NCBI GenBank assembly: GCA_039621445.1
Contig: CP154954.1
Span: forward strand, 29,888,395 to 29,952,394
DNA length: 64,000 bases
Direction: 5' to 3'
Source: Euglena gracilis
Lineage: Eukaryota
This document shows positions 1 through 35,200 of the stretch, in pieces (within the stretch, counting starts at the first letter, position 1; each line of letters opens with the position of its first letter). The position numbers and the translations under genes were made by a program. A model generated the notes under the pieces. The model saw only the letters and a list, made by a program, of their open reading frames with translations. It made no database searches and was not told the origin of the DNA.

Positions 1-70
1 GAGGCAAACTGTCTCCCACCAGCAAGGGTCACCGGTTCCCCCACTCACCTCCCTCCCCCCTCCCCCGCAG

Positions 71-1708
71 TGTTCACGTCCAGCGCCGCGGCGGTGATGC
101 CATCCCCCTTCGCGGTGGGCTACGGCACGACGAAGGCGGCGCTCACGGAGTTTGCGACGTCCCTCGCGGTGGAGGGGCGGGCGAAGGGCATCGACGTCTG
201 CGTGTTCCACCCGAGTCCCGTCAACTCCCGCTTCCTGCAGGTGTGGGGGGCCTGGGGGGGGGGGGCTCCCCGAAACCCTGGTGGGGTCCAACCCCCCCCC
301 ACACCACCCTTTCCCGTATTGTTGAGGGTGCCAATTTTTAGGTCAACGTTTTTCTTCGGTGCCAAAGGAAACCTCCTGCAAACTGCCATGGTGGGTAGGT
401 AGACCACCAGGCCTTCCGGTACAGCTCTGCCGGTGGTCTGTGCCGTACGCGCGGACCGGAGGCCTGTTTGATGGTGATGGTAGCGAGCTAAGCAAGGTGG
501 GGAACGGGGATAGTGTTATACCTTTTGACCCTGCTGCTTGAATCCTCCCCCATCCCCCCCTTCTCCTGAGAAAACCAGCTTCCCAACGGGAAAATCAGAG
601 ATATTTCTGGATGGCGCTCACAGTTGGATTTTGTGGCCACTGTGGTGGACTCCGTCCACTCCCCACCAGCAGGGGTGCCGTGCCCTAGGCCCTAAGCAGC
701 AGCTGTCCCGGGGTCGGTCAAAAGGAGCTGAGCAGACTTTCTGGACGGACGGGACATTATGTGGCTCACCCTCTTCGGCGCTCCCAGGGCGGGGGCACCA
801 ACGTGGAGGTCGCCAAGCTCCAGATGTTCGACGCGGCGTACAAGTTGGCCTCCAGCCCGGATGACCTTCCGGACAAAGTGTTTGCGGCCATCGGTGTGCC
901 CTCCATTCATCACCCATGGGTCATCCTCGTGCGTGTGCAATGTGTGATGCGATTTATTTTTGCTTTAACCACATCCTTTTTGTCCGTTTTTGTTTGTTGC
1001 GCTGGTTTCCAAAACAATCATATCACGCCAGCAAAATCACATTTCAGATACAGAACAATCTCAGTCGCTTGAACCGAGGGGACCATGGGGGGTCCAGCCA
1101 GCCCCCAAAAGTCAGTTTTCTCAGCTCTGAGCTGACATTAAGTGACGCCCTGATGGAAAGGCTCAGGTGGCCCCCAGCCTCCCACCTTTCTGGGGGGACC
1201 CCCGAGTCGATACCCGCCCTCTCTCCCCACAGCGGGGCTCCTCCACTTCCCTCCCCCAGGCCGGCCGTGCATTTCGGTGGATTTCGGCGGCGTCGCGGTG
1301 GGCATGCGGTTGATGGTGATGACGCTCGGCGGCAGTCTGCTGAATTTCGGCTTCGCCGTCTGCGCGCCGCTGCCCAGGACGGCCGGGTGACCCCCCCCCC
1401 CCCACGGTGTAGTTTCGGTGGCCAACGGCAGCACCGCGCGGGAGTGGAGCCAGAGAAGCATGGCTCAGGGAGTAGTGTTTCATTGGGTTACACACAGCAC
1501 CGCCAATGCCAAAACGAGACATCTGGCCACGTTGCCAGAGCATTTTTTTTTTGCATTCTACGACTGCTTTTGTCCCCAATCGTCTTGTTCCGAACGGATG
1601 AATTCTTACCAACTTTTTTTTGGGCCGTTTGATGATGCTGCAGCACCGTTGGGTGCTGGGACCAAGGCCTTCCTGCCACGGATGCCTGATTATCGCAAGC
1701 ACAGCTAA
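71..1708 (+). CDS. Short-chain dehydrogenase/reductase, 3' part (exons 71-240, 788-893, 1260-1371, 1681-1708); 5' exons lie outside the window
   Basis: FTSSAAA...YGTTK (catalytic S and YxxxK), then DVCVFHPSPVNSRF. Two GT-AG introns and one stem-loop intron join in frame to ...FAVCAPLMPDYRKHS*. Confidence 0.85.
1372..1680 (+). other. Non-conventional (euglenid-type) intron
   Basis: Starts GCC-CAGGACGGCC and ends GGCCTTCCTG-CCACG. 10-bp stem with one mismatch, CAG at +4..+6, CTG at -8..-6. Removal gives in-frame APL|MPDYRKHS*. Confidence 0.8.
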
Positions 1709-2991
1709 GCCCATGTGACCGCTGTCGCTCCCAACTGCCCCCCTACCACCGCATGATTTGTGCCCCACTGCCCAATGGTGTTTGTGGCAAACATGCGAAC
1801 CCGCGTCAATACAAACCGACGCCATGGAGTTTTAGCATATATTTCCAAACCATGTCTAAATTCAATACAATGCAGAATGTTTTAATTCAATACAATGGAA
1901 CGAGGGAAGTGAAATTTAAAGCATTTTAACGTTTTCGGCAACAGGACACAAAGCCTCCCCAAAGTTTCTTTTGAAGGCAAAGCATGAAATTCCGAAATGG
2001 CAGAATCGTTTTGTGCAGTGCATCTGGGGAAACACAGCAACCAAGGTTCTGGTTGGCTCGGTGGTGGACTCAAAAAATTGAGGTTGAATTGGTCCTATAA
2101 TTTCCCAGGTCTTGTCCTTGGACTCCACAATTAGCTGAGGGGCTTTATGTTTGGCCGAGTTTTCAACAGGGCGCTTGCATTCAATCATTTATCAGTCATT
2201 AGAAACTCAATCGACAGCTTTTGTGTGTTTAAATCTCCAGGCAACACAAATTGAAGCGATTCAAACTTGCCCCTCCCCCCAACCCCCCAAAGCCGGATTT
2301 TGTCGATCTTGGTCTTCAGCTTTCAAGATTTTTTTTGGCTACATTATGCATGACTGGCAAATTCATGCTTCCAGCTCTTTATCAAATCCGTGATACTGTT
2401 TTCAGTGATGAGTGAACTACTTTTTTTCTCATTGGTTTGGTTTGGTTTGGTTCCATGGAGGTCTCGGGGCACACTAAGTAGTAGGCTGCTGAGGCTTCGC
2501 AAACACGTTTCTTAGCTCTGCGCACTGCTGCGGTGGTGGGTAGAGAGGTTGACCGCCCCACTCGCAGGTGGGGTCCGACCCCCCAGGCTTTCCCATACAA
2601 CCTTGCCCTTGCACACTTGGCGTTTTCTTTTTGGGCTTTTTCTTTATTGTTTTGCTGTTTTTGGCACCCGGTTCGCCCTGGGTCTGGCCTAGTTTCAGCC
2701 CTGGGACCACAGGGGGGAGGGTCAGCCAGCAGCTTTTTTATCAGCCAGCCCAAATTTTCAAGCCTCTGATCTGGACCCCCCCCACAGGGGATTGATAAGC
2801 GACACCCCAGGAAACTGTCCCCTGCCAGTTCGGCCGGTTCCGGAAACCCTGACAGATTCTCGAATGGCCCCAGACTCTCACGCTCGCCAGTTTCCCAGGG
2901 ATGGTTGTGGCTGGCCCACGGCCTCTCTCCCCCCACCCCCCCACACCCCCAGGGCTGTCTTCACTGCGGGGCGGCGGGCCCCACTGCTGGG

Positions 2992-24918
<21,927 letters not shown>

Positions 24919-26279
24919 CTGACTGGGCGGCTTCCAGAGCAGGAGGGTGACGTATCTTCCAGGTCCATTGCTCAGGGTTGGACCCCAAAAATGTTCTCAT
25001 TCGGCTTTGGAGCCAATCGACATTGATACTCCACAGAATTTGATGCTAACCACCTCACAACCCAAAATAATTTGTTTTGCCAGTTTGGTGATGCCTCGTT
25101 TTATGCCAAGTGCCAGTACAGGTACCCCCCCCAAGCCCAATGAACACTAAGGTGACATTCTAGACGGTCCGAACAGGGGGCGTTCATTGGGCAGGGAGTA
25201 TGATTTCTGTGTAGATAAGGATTATGGTGACAATCTAGACGGTCCGAACACCCCCTGTTCATTGGGCAAGGGCGTTCGTTGGGCATGGGGGGGGGAGGTA
25301 CTGAATAGAAGGGATGTGGAGCAGGCTTTCTCTTTTTCTTAGGCCTGGGATGAGAGATACAGAGCAGTTTTAGATTCTGAATTTTGGTGCCAGAAGGCAT
25401 TTCAACTTTTTAAAAATAGTTTTGATGCTCAGTGGACCAAGCCCTGGAGCCAGAGGCAGTCATTTTTCAATGTCCTCTTCTTTTGAAATTCCAAAATCCT
25501 CAACCTAACTTGTTACCTACCACTTTTTTCACTAGCTTTTTTTTTAAAAAGGGGGGGTGTCATTTTTGGTGCCCCAGCTTGGGCTCTAGGGCTTGTAATT
25601 TTCATATTTTTTATTCAAAAGTGCAATTTGTTCAACGCATCCGACTGCTTCTTAAAGAAAGATATTAATAAATATAAAATATATATAATATTAATAAATA
25701 AAAAATATTTATTATAAATAAGTATAAATATATATGTAATATTAATAAATATAAAAATAAAGTATTCCTGCCAGAAAAGTTAATTTGGATCAGCTACTCA
25801 AGTCGGACTGGCTATTTCGGTTCTTTTTTTGGCTGATCCCAGAAATGCTGTGTGCATGCATTTGAAACGGAATCCTAATTTTTCCATTTATGGTATTCTG
25901 CGGGATGCATTGCTGTTCCTGCCAGCTTTTCCAACACGGAACCCTCACATGTGAATGACGTGGCTCGCATTGCAGAATCTTTCCAGGCTTTGCAGGCAGA
26001 TATTAAAGATTTTAGGCTGTAGCTGTAGGCAGTCATTAAAAAACCCAACACAACAGCCCAACACAACAACGCCACACCACTCCAGCGAGCACTTTTATCA
26101 GCCTGCAGGTGAACCCCAAATATTTTTTTGTAAAAAAAAACCTAATCCCAATCAGTAATATGAACGTGGCCATTCTAATTGACTTGGTATTGTATTCTAA
26201 TCACCCCGGGAGGATTTGCAAATCTTATAACCACCCTGTATTTTTTCTCAGTTTATGCACGTAAAAGGATGGAGATAAC

Positions 26280-29200
26280 ATGAGGACCCCCCCATCCGTC
26301 ATTCCTGCCCCACTTCTGGGCAGAGGCAACCGCAACTTTTCTGGCATTTTGGAGGCGATTTGGGAGGGAAACGGCCTCCTTGGGTTTGGTATGGCTTTCA
26401 GTGGCCACCCGCCCCCCCTTCCTCAAAGGCACCCAAGGCTGCACAGGAGCCCCCGAAACCGTATGGGTGGTGGGGGGGCAGCAGGGTGGTCCATAAGGGA
26501 CGGGATTTTTTTTTAGTTTAGGACCGCCTCTTAAGGACCACGCCCCCCCCCCAGGGCAGTTTTGAACCCGAAAAAAATTTTCCGATGCTTTCGGCACCGG
26601 ATGTTTTTTTACCCCATTTTGGGACCCATATGCAGGCACCCATAGCAAAAATGTAGGTGCTTGCCAAGGTTGACTGCTTGTTTTTTTTTTGAAACACAAA
26701 AAACGTGTTCTTTTTTTTAAAAACAAGGTTTTTTTTAAAAAAAAGGTTGTTTTTTAAAAAAAACTTTTTTAAAAAAAAAGAACATGCTTTTTTGTTTCAA
26801 AAAAAAAACACAACAAAAAAACGTCACTTTTTGATGACCAAAAAAATGAATCTAGAACTTTTTCCTCAACAAATGGCCATTTCGCAAGGAAACCTCCCTC
26901 AAAACCCCATTTTTCACACCTTCCAAAAAAATCAACATTTTCTCAAAATTTTGATTTTGAGAGGTTTTTGAAGCAAAAAAATGCCACTGAAAATCCAAAA
27001 AATTTCCAAGGAAAAAAAATGTCAGTAAAATTTGACTGTTCCAAAATTTGGTCCACTTTTTTTGACTTTCGTTATTTTCCACCCCCTCCTAAAACTACCA
27101 AATTTAACCTTGAAATCTTTGAGATTTTTTGTGAAAAAAAATGTGGTTTTCCATCAAAAAATCACAATTTTTTTCGGCTTCCAATTTTGTCGGTTCTAAT
27201 TTTATCTAGCCCCAATTTCCTCCCCCCCCCCCAGTATTTTGAGTTCATTTTTCAAAATTTTTATTTTTTTTTCAGCCCAAATCCCCCGTTTTCCCGAAAT
27301 TGGTGAAAATAACCCCCCCCCCCCCCAAACCCCATTTTTCACAACTTCTAAAATTTCAACATTTCTCAAAATTTTGATTTTGAGGGATTTTGGAAGCAAA
27401 AAAATGCCACTGAAAATCCAAAAATTTCCAAGGGAAAAAATGTCAGTAAAATTTGAATGTTCCAAAATTTGGTCCCATTTTTTTGACCTGCATTTTTTTT
27501 GACCCCCCTCCTAAAAACTAACAATTTTCAACCCTAAAATTTTGGTGATTTTTTTGGGAAAAAATGTGATTTTCCATCAAAAAACCGTGTATTTCGGGTT
27601 CATTTTTCAAAAACAATTTAAAAAGATTTTCCCTGGCCAAAATCCCCTTTTCCTTATTTTTTTGGTTGAAGTGTATGGGGACGGGACTTTTTTTTTTGCT
27701 TAAGGACCGCCCTGGGGGGCCGGATTATTTTGTTTAGTCAAAAGACCCCCCCCCCCGGGAGGGTGGGCCAAACCCCCTGTGGGGAGGGGAGTCCTGGGCC
27801 AGAGGCCAGGGTATGGGTTTTGGCGCAGAGGGCAAAAATTTTTTGGGGAAATGCCTTCAGATGGCCCGATTTCTGGGGGGGGTCTTGCCCCGGGGGGGAG
27901 GGGGTCCTGGGAGGGGGAGGGGGCCGGCCTGGGTGGGTGGGGGACCCCCAGAGGTTTAAAAGGAAAAGAAGCCTGTGGGGGACTCCGACCCCTGTGCAGC
28001 CCTGCCAGCACCCCCCATCACCCTCCCACAGGTGCCGCTGTCGCACCTCAGCACGTACCCGCTCAGCCCCACCAACGGCCAGGAGGGCTCGAAGCTCGGC
28101 GACTTCGTGCGGTGGCTGTCGGACCGCCCGACCAGCCCCACCTCCGGGCCCCCGGCCAGGGGGGAGAGCGTCTCTGCGCCACACCCAAGGGGTCTGTGGG
28201 GCTTCCCTCTGCGTTCGTCCGTGGCAAACTGTGGCGTTGGGGCCTCCCCCAAACAGCGTACGGCGCCATCGGCCATCGGTGCCGTATGCATTTTCTGCGC
28301 ATCGCGGGTCTCAGAAGAACACCCCCTCCATCTCTGAGGCACACCGCCACCATCGCAGAAGCACTCCCCCGCCTTGGGGTTCGGCCTGTCATTTTCACAG
28401 CCTGTCGACCTCTTCGCGTCGGCTTGGGGGGATGGATTGCCCAAAGCCACTCCTCTCCCCCCTGCCCGCGGCCCACACCCTCCCCGCCAGCCCCATCTCT
28501 GGGCCCGCGGAGCCCGCCGTGAATCCTGCTGTTGCGAAGTGAACCCCCGCCGCCACGCCCGCCCTCTGCCATATTGGCCCCGCCTCGCCACCCTCGCTGG
28601 GGCTGGCCGGGCGTCCCCTTTGTGTTGTGCCCCGGGCCAGGGGTTTTTTTAGTCTTGGACCCCCTCCCCTGGGGGGGGGTGGGTCTCTTGGACCCCCGGG
28701 AGGGGGGGGCTGGTGGGTATATCTTTTTCGGCACCAAAGGCGCCGAAAATTTTGAAAAGGTGCTGTTTTTAGCATTTTGGCCATTTTCGGGCAAGAAGTG
28801 GGTGGGTCCCCCGGGGGGGCCCCACCCCAGGGGTTGGGTGGGTGGGTGCGGACCCCCTCCCCCCCCTCCCCTCCCGGTCTTTAAAAAAAGCCCCTGCCCC
28901 CGGCGCTGTCAACCCCCGCTCGGTGTCACTCGCAGGTGGTCACTCGCATTCGGGGTTGTTGCTGCAAAATGGGGGGTGTCGGATTATTTCTGCCTAACCT
29001 GAGTCCCGTTCCCTCCGTCTGATGATGCGCACTGCTTGTTTTCTTTGTGTGGTCTCTTCCCTGGCACCTGAGCATCAACAGCTTTTCTGCCCTAAAGTCC
29101 CCTTGTATTGTCTGACCTTCGCATTCATGCCTGTGCCCCCCTGGTCTATTTATAGCACCCTGACCTCCGGGATGCCCTCTGAATGTGGAGTTGGTCAGGA

Positions 29201-32200
29201 GAGCAGGATTTCCTTCTGTGATCCCATCCGACCATATCTTTCTAGTTATTTGTATTTGACCATGTCCGATGTCTGGGTGATTCTGAATAGCCCGCCTCCC
29301 CCCTCATAAACCATTCAGTCAATGCCAGCCGATCTGCACCTTTGGATTTTTTGTCCGCCTCATTTGTTCTCAATTGCTTGTTTCTGATTTGTTTCTTTAA
29401 ATTCTTTTTTCTTTACACCATTATTTATCCAATGATTTAATTTAATGATTTTCCCCATGCCATGACGACCAAGTGGACTGCGTCCAGACATTCTGGTGCC
29501 GAGGCTCTGGATAGCCATTGAATCCAAGATAAGGTCCGTTTGGTTTGGCGGGTTCCTTCCCACTGAACATCTCCTTGCCCTGGGGCAAAATTAAACGCCT
29601 TCCTCGGCAGGTCAGGGCAGACGACACTCAGGAGGGGGGAGGGGGCGAATGTTGGGCTCCCCCCTTTTGGCCATGCCAACCTTCATCCAGAGATTTTTTT
29701 TAAGGTTATTGACCTTGAGAGTAGGTTGGGTGTAGGGGTTAGGTGCATGGTCCTCATGGCTCAGGGGTTAGGTGCATGGCATGGACCTCCCCAGGATGGG
29801 TTCAGGCTGAGGAGGTGCCCCTCGAAGGGCTTTCCACTATTTTCGGCGTGAATCACCGCAAACAGAATTTGAGTTTCCAAAAGGACCCCAGAAGCCCGCG
29901 TCGGTCAAGAAATAATACAAAAATAAGACCTCCCCCTAAAAAGTAAGACCCCTGGATATTTTCAGCAACGGACTCAAAAATAAGGCCCGGGTCTTATCCT
30001 TGGGGGGGTTACCTTCAATCTCATGGATCTTTATTTTCTTGAAGATTTTGGGCATCAGTGAAGATGCAATTTTGTTGAATCCAGTATTAAATTGATGGGT
30101 CTTGGCATTTCCGATCCAGCGGGTCTGTTCCATTTGGCCAAAATGCTGAAGTGGCCAAAAAAGGCTGGAGATGACCAAAAGAACACCCCGCTGAATGTTT
30201 CAAGAAGAGCCAACCATCGTTGAATTGGTTAAGAAAAGTTCAAAAGTTGACAATTGATTTTTTGGCTACTGGATTTCGAAAAAAAAATGGTCTGTACCTA
30301 TTTTTTGTCACGCAATGCCACGCAGTGTGCACGGTGCAGTGGACACGATGCACGCGGTGCACATGCTGGATGCGGTGCAAAATACGAGCATCCCCAATCC
30401 GGGGCAACAATTCCCCTGCGGTGACCTCCTCAGACCCCAATGGCTCCAGTGTCACCCACTGCAACTGTTTTGTGACCATTTCCGTCGCCGCGGCTGTCGC
30501 CATGCCCCAGGTGTGTGTCCCACACAGGGCGTTCCTTCCAGAATGGACGATAATGGGTCGGTATAATTATAATTTTTGACAGTTTTTTTTTGAAAAAAAG
30601 CATTTTGCAGTTTCGATTTTTGTCACCCGGTTCGACCCCCAGTCAGGCCCAGTTCCAGCCGGGGACCCTTGGCCACTCCCCCCACCCCCATCTCATCCGT
30701 CTGAGAACACTGCAATAAAATACAGTCCGGCAGCCCGGGATTTTCTTAAGCTGGAGGGGATACAGAGGAGGTCCAGCCAACCAGCATTTTTTCCCAGCCA
30801 ACGGGCTGCGGACCCCCCCCCCACAGGGTCCGCTGATATAAATTTCTGGTGGGGGCCGGTGGGGCCAGGCCATTTTTTTTTGAAAGGGGGAGGTCAAAAT
30901 GACCAAAAATGGCATTTTGGGGGTGGTTTTGGGCCTTCACCTCCTAATTTTGGCTGAAAATGCCAACCCAGCTGGATTTGGGCTTTTTTTTGCCTATTTT
31001 CGGGTTCCAGCTGGGTCCAGCTGCCAGCCAGCCGGACCCTCCCCCCCCCCCCACCCCCGGACCCCCCACCCCAGGTCCAGCCATTGGGGGGGGGGGGGGA
31101 GTGGCCACCACCTTTTTTTTCCAGGCAGCACCTTTTTTCCAGCCTCCCTGTGGGACCCCCCCCTTCCGGGGTCCTCAAGAATACCCCTGCCGGCAGCAGT
31201 CTGCATTAAGGTTTCCATCTAGGGGGGGGGGGAGTGGCGGGCCACTCAGATCTGGGTCGCCAGCAGTGGCATTTTGACTGCAGCCGATAGAAACCAGGCC
31301 CATTTTTTTGGGGCGGAAGTCATTATAATTGAGTTTTGAGGCATTTTCTTGCACGGTTCACGAAAGATCCTATTATTTCCGTTTGTTTCTTATTCGTTGT
31401 ACTTTTTTAAGGGCAGTCGAAGAGCATTCCAGGCGGCGACCGGGGTGGAAATCAAAGCGTCGAAGAACACATCTTCCCCGAGTTCAGGGTGGATAGACAC
31501 AATGTTCAGAAAGACGTCACCGTGCTCCAAAGTCTCTTCCTGGGGTCCGCCAGTTTTGGCCAATTTTTCCGTCAGTCAGAGAAATTGCCAGAATGATTTC
31601 TTCTGGCTTTTAAGGCGCTTTCAGGGTTTTCAAGGCATTTTGGCCAGAAAAGGCAAGGTTTCTGGAGGTTTCCAAAATGCCCATAAAGAATGGGCCCCGA
31701 TGGAAACCCTGGCTAGTCCGCCCCACTGCGCCCCTCCGTCCTCCCCAGCCGGCGGGGGCGGCATCCTTGAGGCGGATGGTGAGCGGTATGCCCCCTCCCC
31801 CGGCCCCCCCCCTCCCCCGTCACGGACGCAGTCGAGTGCAGCCGAGTCCCACAGCCGCCGGCAGTGGTCCCCAGCCTCCCCTGTCCCTCCCCTCTTGGCA
31901 GATGCCCCGCCGAGGCCGGATTGGACGGGCGTGCTGCTGCATCGGCGGTTCGAGGCGCTCCACCCGCCCTTCCCCCTCCGGGTGGGGCCGCTGGAGATCA
32001 CTGTGCACAACCGACCAGCCGGCGGCTGCCTGCCCATAGGACAGGGGAGGCCTTTGCCAGTATCTAGATCATATCTAGATCATACAATCACTTAGTCACT
32101 GGCCGACCCCCCCCCAGGGGGTGGGTGACCGGTTTTTGGCCCGGCCTTCCTCCCGCGGGGGGGGGGGGTCGGCAAAAAACCACTAAAGCGACCCGGCTCC

Positions 32201-35200
32201 GAAGGCGCAGATAAATTTCTTTGGCCTTTTTTTTCATATTTTTGGTCAAGTTTCCTTCAGGTTCCAGAGTGACCAACCCCCCCCCAGCCCAGGGTAGTGA
32301 CTGACTGGTTTTCCAAAAAAAAAAGTGACCGACTGGTTTTTCGAAGAGTGGAGTGACCCCCCAGGGGTCGGTAAAGAAAATAGTATCATCTAGATGTGCT
32401 TGCAGCAGGCCACGTGGGTGTTTCTAATAAGGTTGATTAATAATATTTTCCATCTTCTCCCCACCTGAATCCCCGTATGTGTCCATCCCATCCGTGTATT
32501 CTGTTCATTGTCCATCTGCTTCCTACCCCCTCCCTCAAACTTCAACCTGCCCGGGTTTCATATTTGGGCGAATATCATTGATCAATACTCTCAGGGTGTT
32601 TAGGTTTGGGGGGGGGTCATTTTCTGGGTGTTATGAGAATCGATTTCCGGGCCCAAAAACTCATCCATTGTCCAGTACCGTGCCCTGCATGGCGGACTCC
32701 ACCCAACTCCCGCCTCGTGTTTGCGTTGCTCTTCCTACTGGAGGGAACCCAAAATGTTTCCTTTGCGTCCTGAATGAGCCTCCCATGTCCGTGGCAGTCC
32801 CAAAAAGCCCTCTGCCACTTTTTCCCGCCAGGCTTCGTGTTGGTGTGGTGCACGTCCCCCGCGTGTCCGTGGTACCCGCTGCCACACACTCCATGGGCCG
32901 TGTCAATGCGGTCCCCCTCCGGTGGCACTGCAGGTCCTCCTTCGCAGCAGCCGCGGCTGCCTCCAGCGGGCGGCCTCCGCGCGGCAGGGGGGTGGGGCAG
33001 GTCCCCAGCGCCGCCTGCGCTTCCAGGACGAGGCCCAGGTTGGCCCCACGGCAACGGACCAGGCACACCCAGACAGCTCCTCCTGCGGCCAACCCGTTTC
33101 CCCAGGCCACAGCCATGTGGCCGGGGGACCCCTGCCATTTCAGCGAGCCTCGCCCGTTCATTAAAAGTGGAAGGTCTCCGCCCCGCACATTTGTACGGGT
33201 CGAGAGCAGATAAGCGAGCGGGTTGCCATTGCCTCCCAAACGTGTGCACAAATGGTTCAATGTCACCAAGTTTGACGTCAGCCGCCGGTGTAAGTATGCC
33301 TGAGCTGGGTTGACCTGAAGCGTCTGCTGTCAGCCAACGGACGATGAGACGACGAAGCCGCCCACCGCTGCGCAGCCCTTCCCCACATCGGCTGACGAGT
33401 TATCAGTTTGCAGATGTCAATGCCCGATGCTTTGTGGTGCATTCAGCGGCTTTGAATGGATGGCAGTCTCTAAATACAGTGCAGCGGTGATACATGCCAA
33501 TGATATTTCCCCAATTTGAGGAGAATGGGTCCTCCAAGAAATCCTTGGGGTGCCTCAATATCCGCTGTAGTCTGTGGTGGAAGGGCACAGTTCCCATCGG
33601 GGTTTTCTTAAGCCGGCCAGCCAGCCCCCAGCCACGCTGCGGACCCCCTCCCCCCCGGGGGGGTCCACTGAAATAAAGGTCGGGCCAGCCCGGCAAAGCC
33701 GGGCTGGACTGGAAAAAAAGTTTCGGTGCAAACCGAAACTTTTTTGAAAAGGGATGTCAAGAATGGCCAAAAATGACATTTTGGGATGGTTTTTGGGTCT
33801 TCACCTCTTTTGGGCATTTTTGGGGTATCCGCCGGGGCCAGCTCCCAACCGGCCAACCCCCCCCCCTGGACCCCCCCCACCCCGGGTCCAACCATGGGGG
33901 GGGGTGTCCAGCCAGCACCTTTTTCCAGCCTCCCTGCAGCACCCCCCCCCGGGCGTCCTTAAGAAAACCCCTGCTTCCTGTGGATTTTGACACCTTGAGC
34001 GCTGTGGAGGGCCTCGTTTCGGGGAAGGGCTGCCACCACCTCCAGCAATGTGGCCGCCGCTCAACGGCCTCTCAGCCACAACCACAGGCCTCCTCCGCGC
34101 AGCCTCCCTTGCCCATGGCCTCCGGTGGCCCACTCCTGAGAGGTCCCCGAATGTCGTCCGGTTCGGCAATGCCTATTTCGCAGTCGACTGTGAAACTGGC
34201 CCGACCGCCGCAAACAAACGGAAACCAACCGCCAGCGGCACCAATGCCAACAGTGAACCGGCGGACGGGAGGTGCCAGAAGCAGGGGATTTCTTAAGCCG
34301 GAGGGTACCCTACCCCCAGGGGGGTCCAGCCAGCCAGCAGCTCAAATCCAGCCAGCAGCCCAAATTCGGGCTGGGATCCCCCCGGGGGGGTCGAGTGAAA
34401 TAAAGTCGGGTCCAGCCCGGCCGGAGGTCGGGCCAGCCGGCCGAAGGCCGGGCCAGCCAACTGAGCTGCCCAGCTCACCCATCCCTGCATTTTTTTCCCT
34501 CATCATAGCCAGGCACCTACGGCCGACCAGGGCCGACCAGGGCCGACCAGGGTCGACTATGATTTTCAGGACCCCCGTAGGTGGGGATTCCGACCAGGGC
34601 CGACCAGGGCCGACCAGGGCCGACTTGCATGTGGTTGGCCGACCGAAGGGGAATGGATGAAGGAATTCGGCAGCTTTCCCTCTGGAACAAGCACCTCTGA
34701 TGATGCTGGGCGATGCAGGGCGATGCTGGGCGATGCTGGGTGATGCTGGATTTTTGGAGACCAGAGGTGGGGTTCCGATGCTGGGCGATGCTGGGCGATG
34801 CAGGGTGTTGCTGGCATTTTTTTTGTATATTTTGAAGAAATAAACCCATTTTTGGATAATTTTCCCACAAATCTCCAGTTTTACACCCATTTTGGCCATT
34901 ATGGACCAGTTTTTGCTAATTTGGGGGCTATTTGTCACTGATTTGGCAAATATTGGGCTAATTTGGGTCAATCTGAGCTTTTTTTTTTTGCCATTTTGTG
35001 CCCTTTTGGTAATTTTGGGTCATTTTTCACAATCTTTTGTGGATTTTGTTGGCGTTTTTGGGTAATTTTTGGTTATTTCAAGCCATTTTAGGTCTTTTTG
35101 GTTGCTTTTGGGGTGCCAATGGAGGCCTTATGGGGCACTTCCTTTTGATCTTGGCGAGACAATCCAGAAAATCATTCCATCCTCACATTTTTTCTGTGAA

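Noticed and set aside
2940-2952. Spliced-leader trans-splice acceptor before the SPX-EXS start codon
   Set aside because: A pyrimidine tract plus CAG is present but cannot be told from a cis acceptor using DNA alone.
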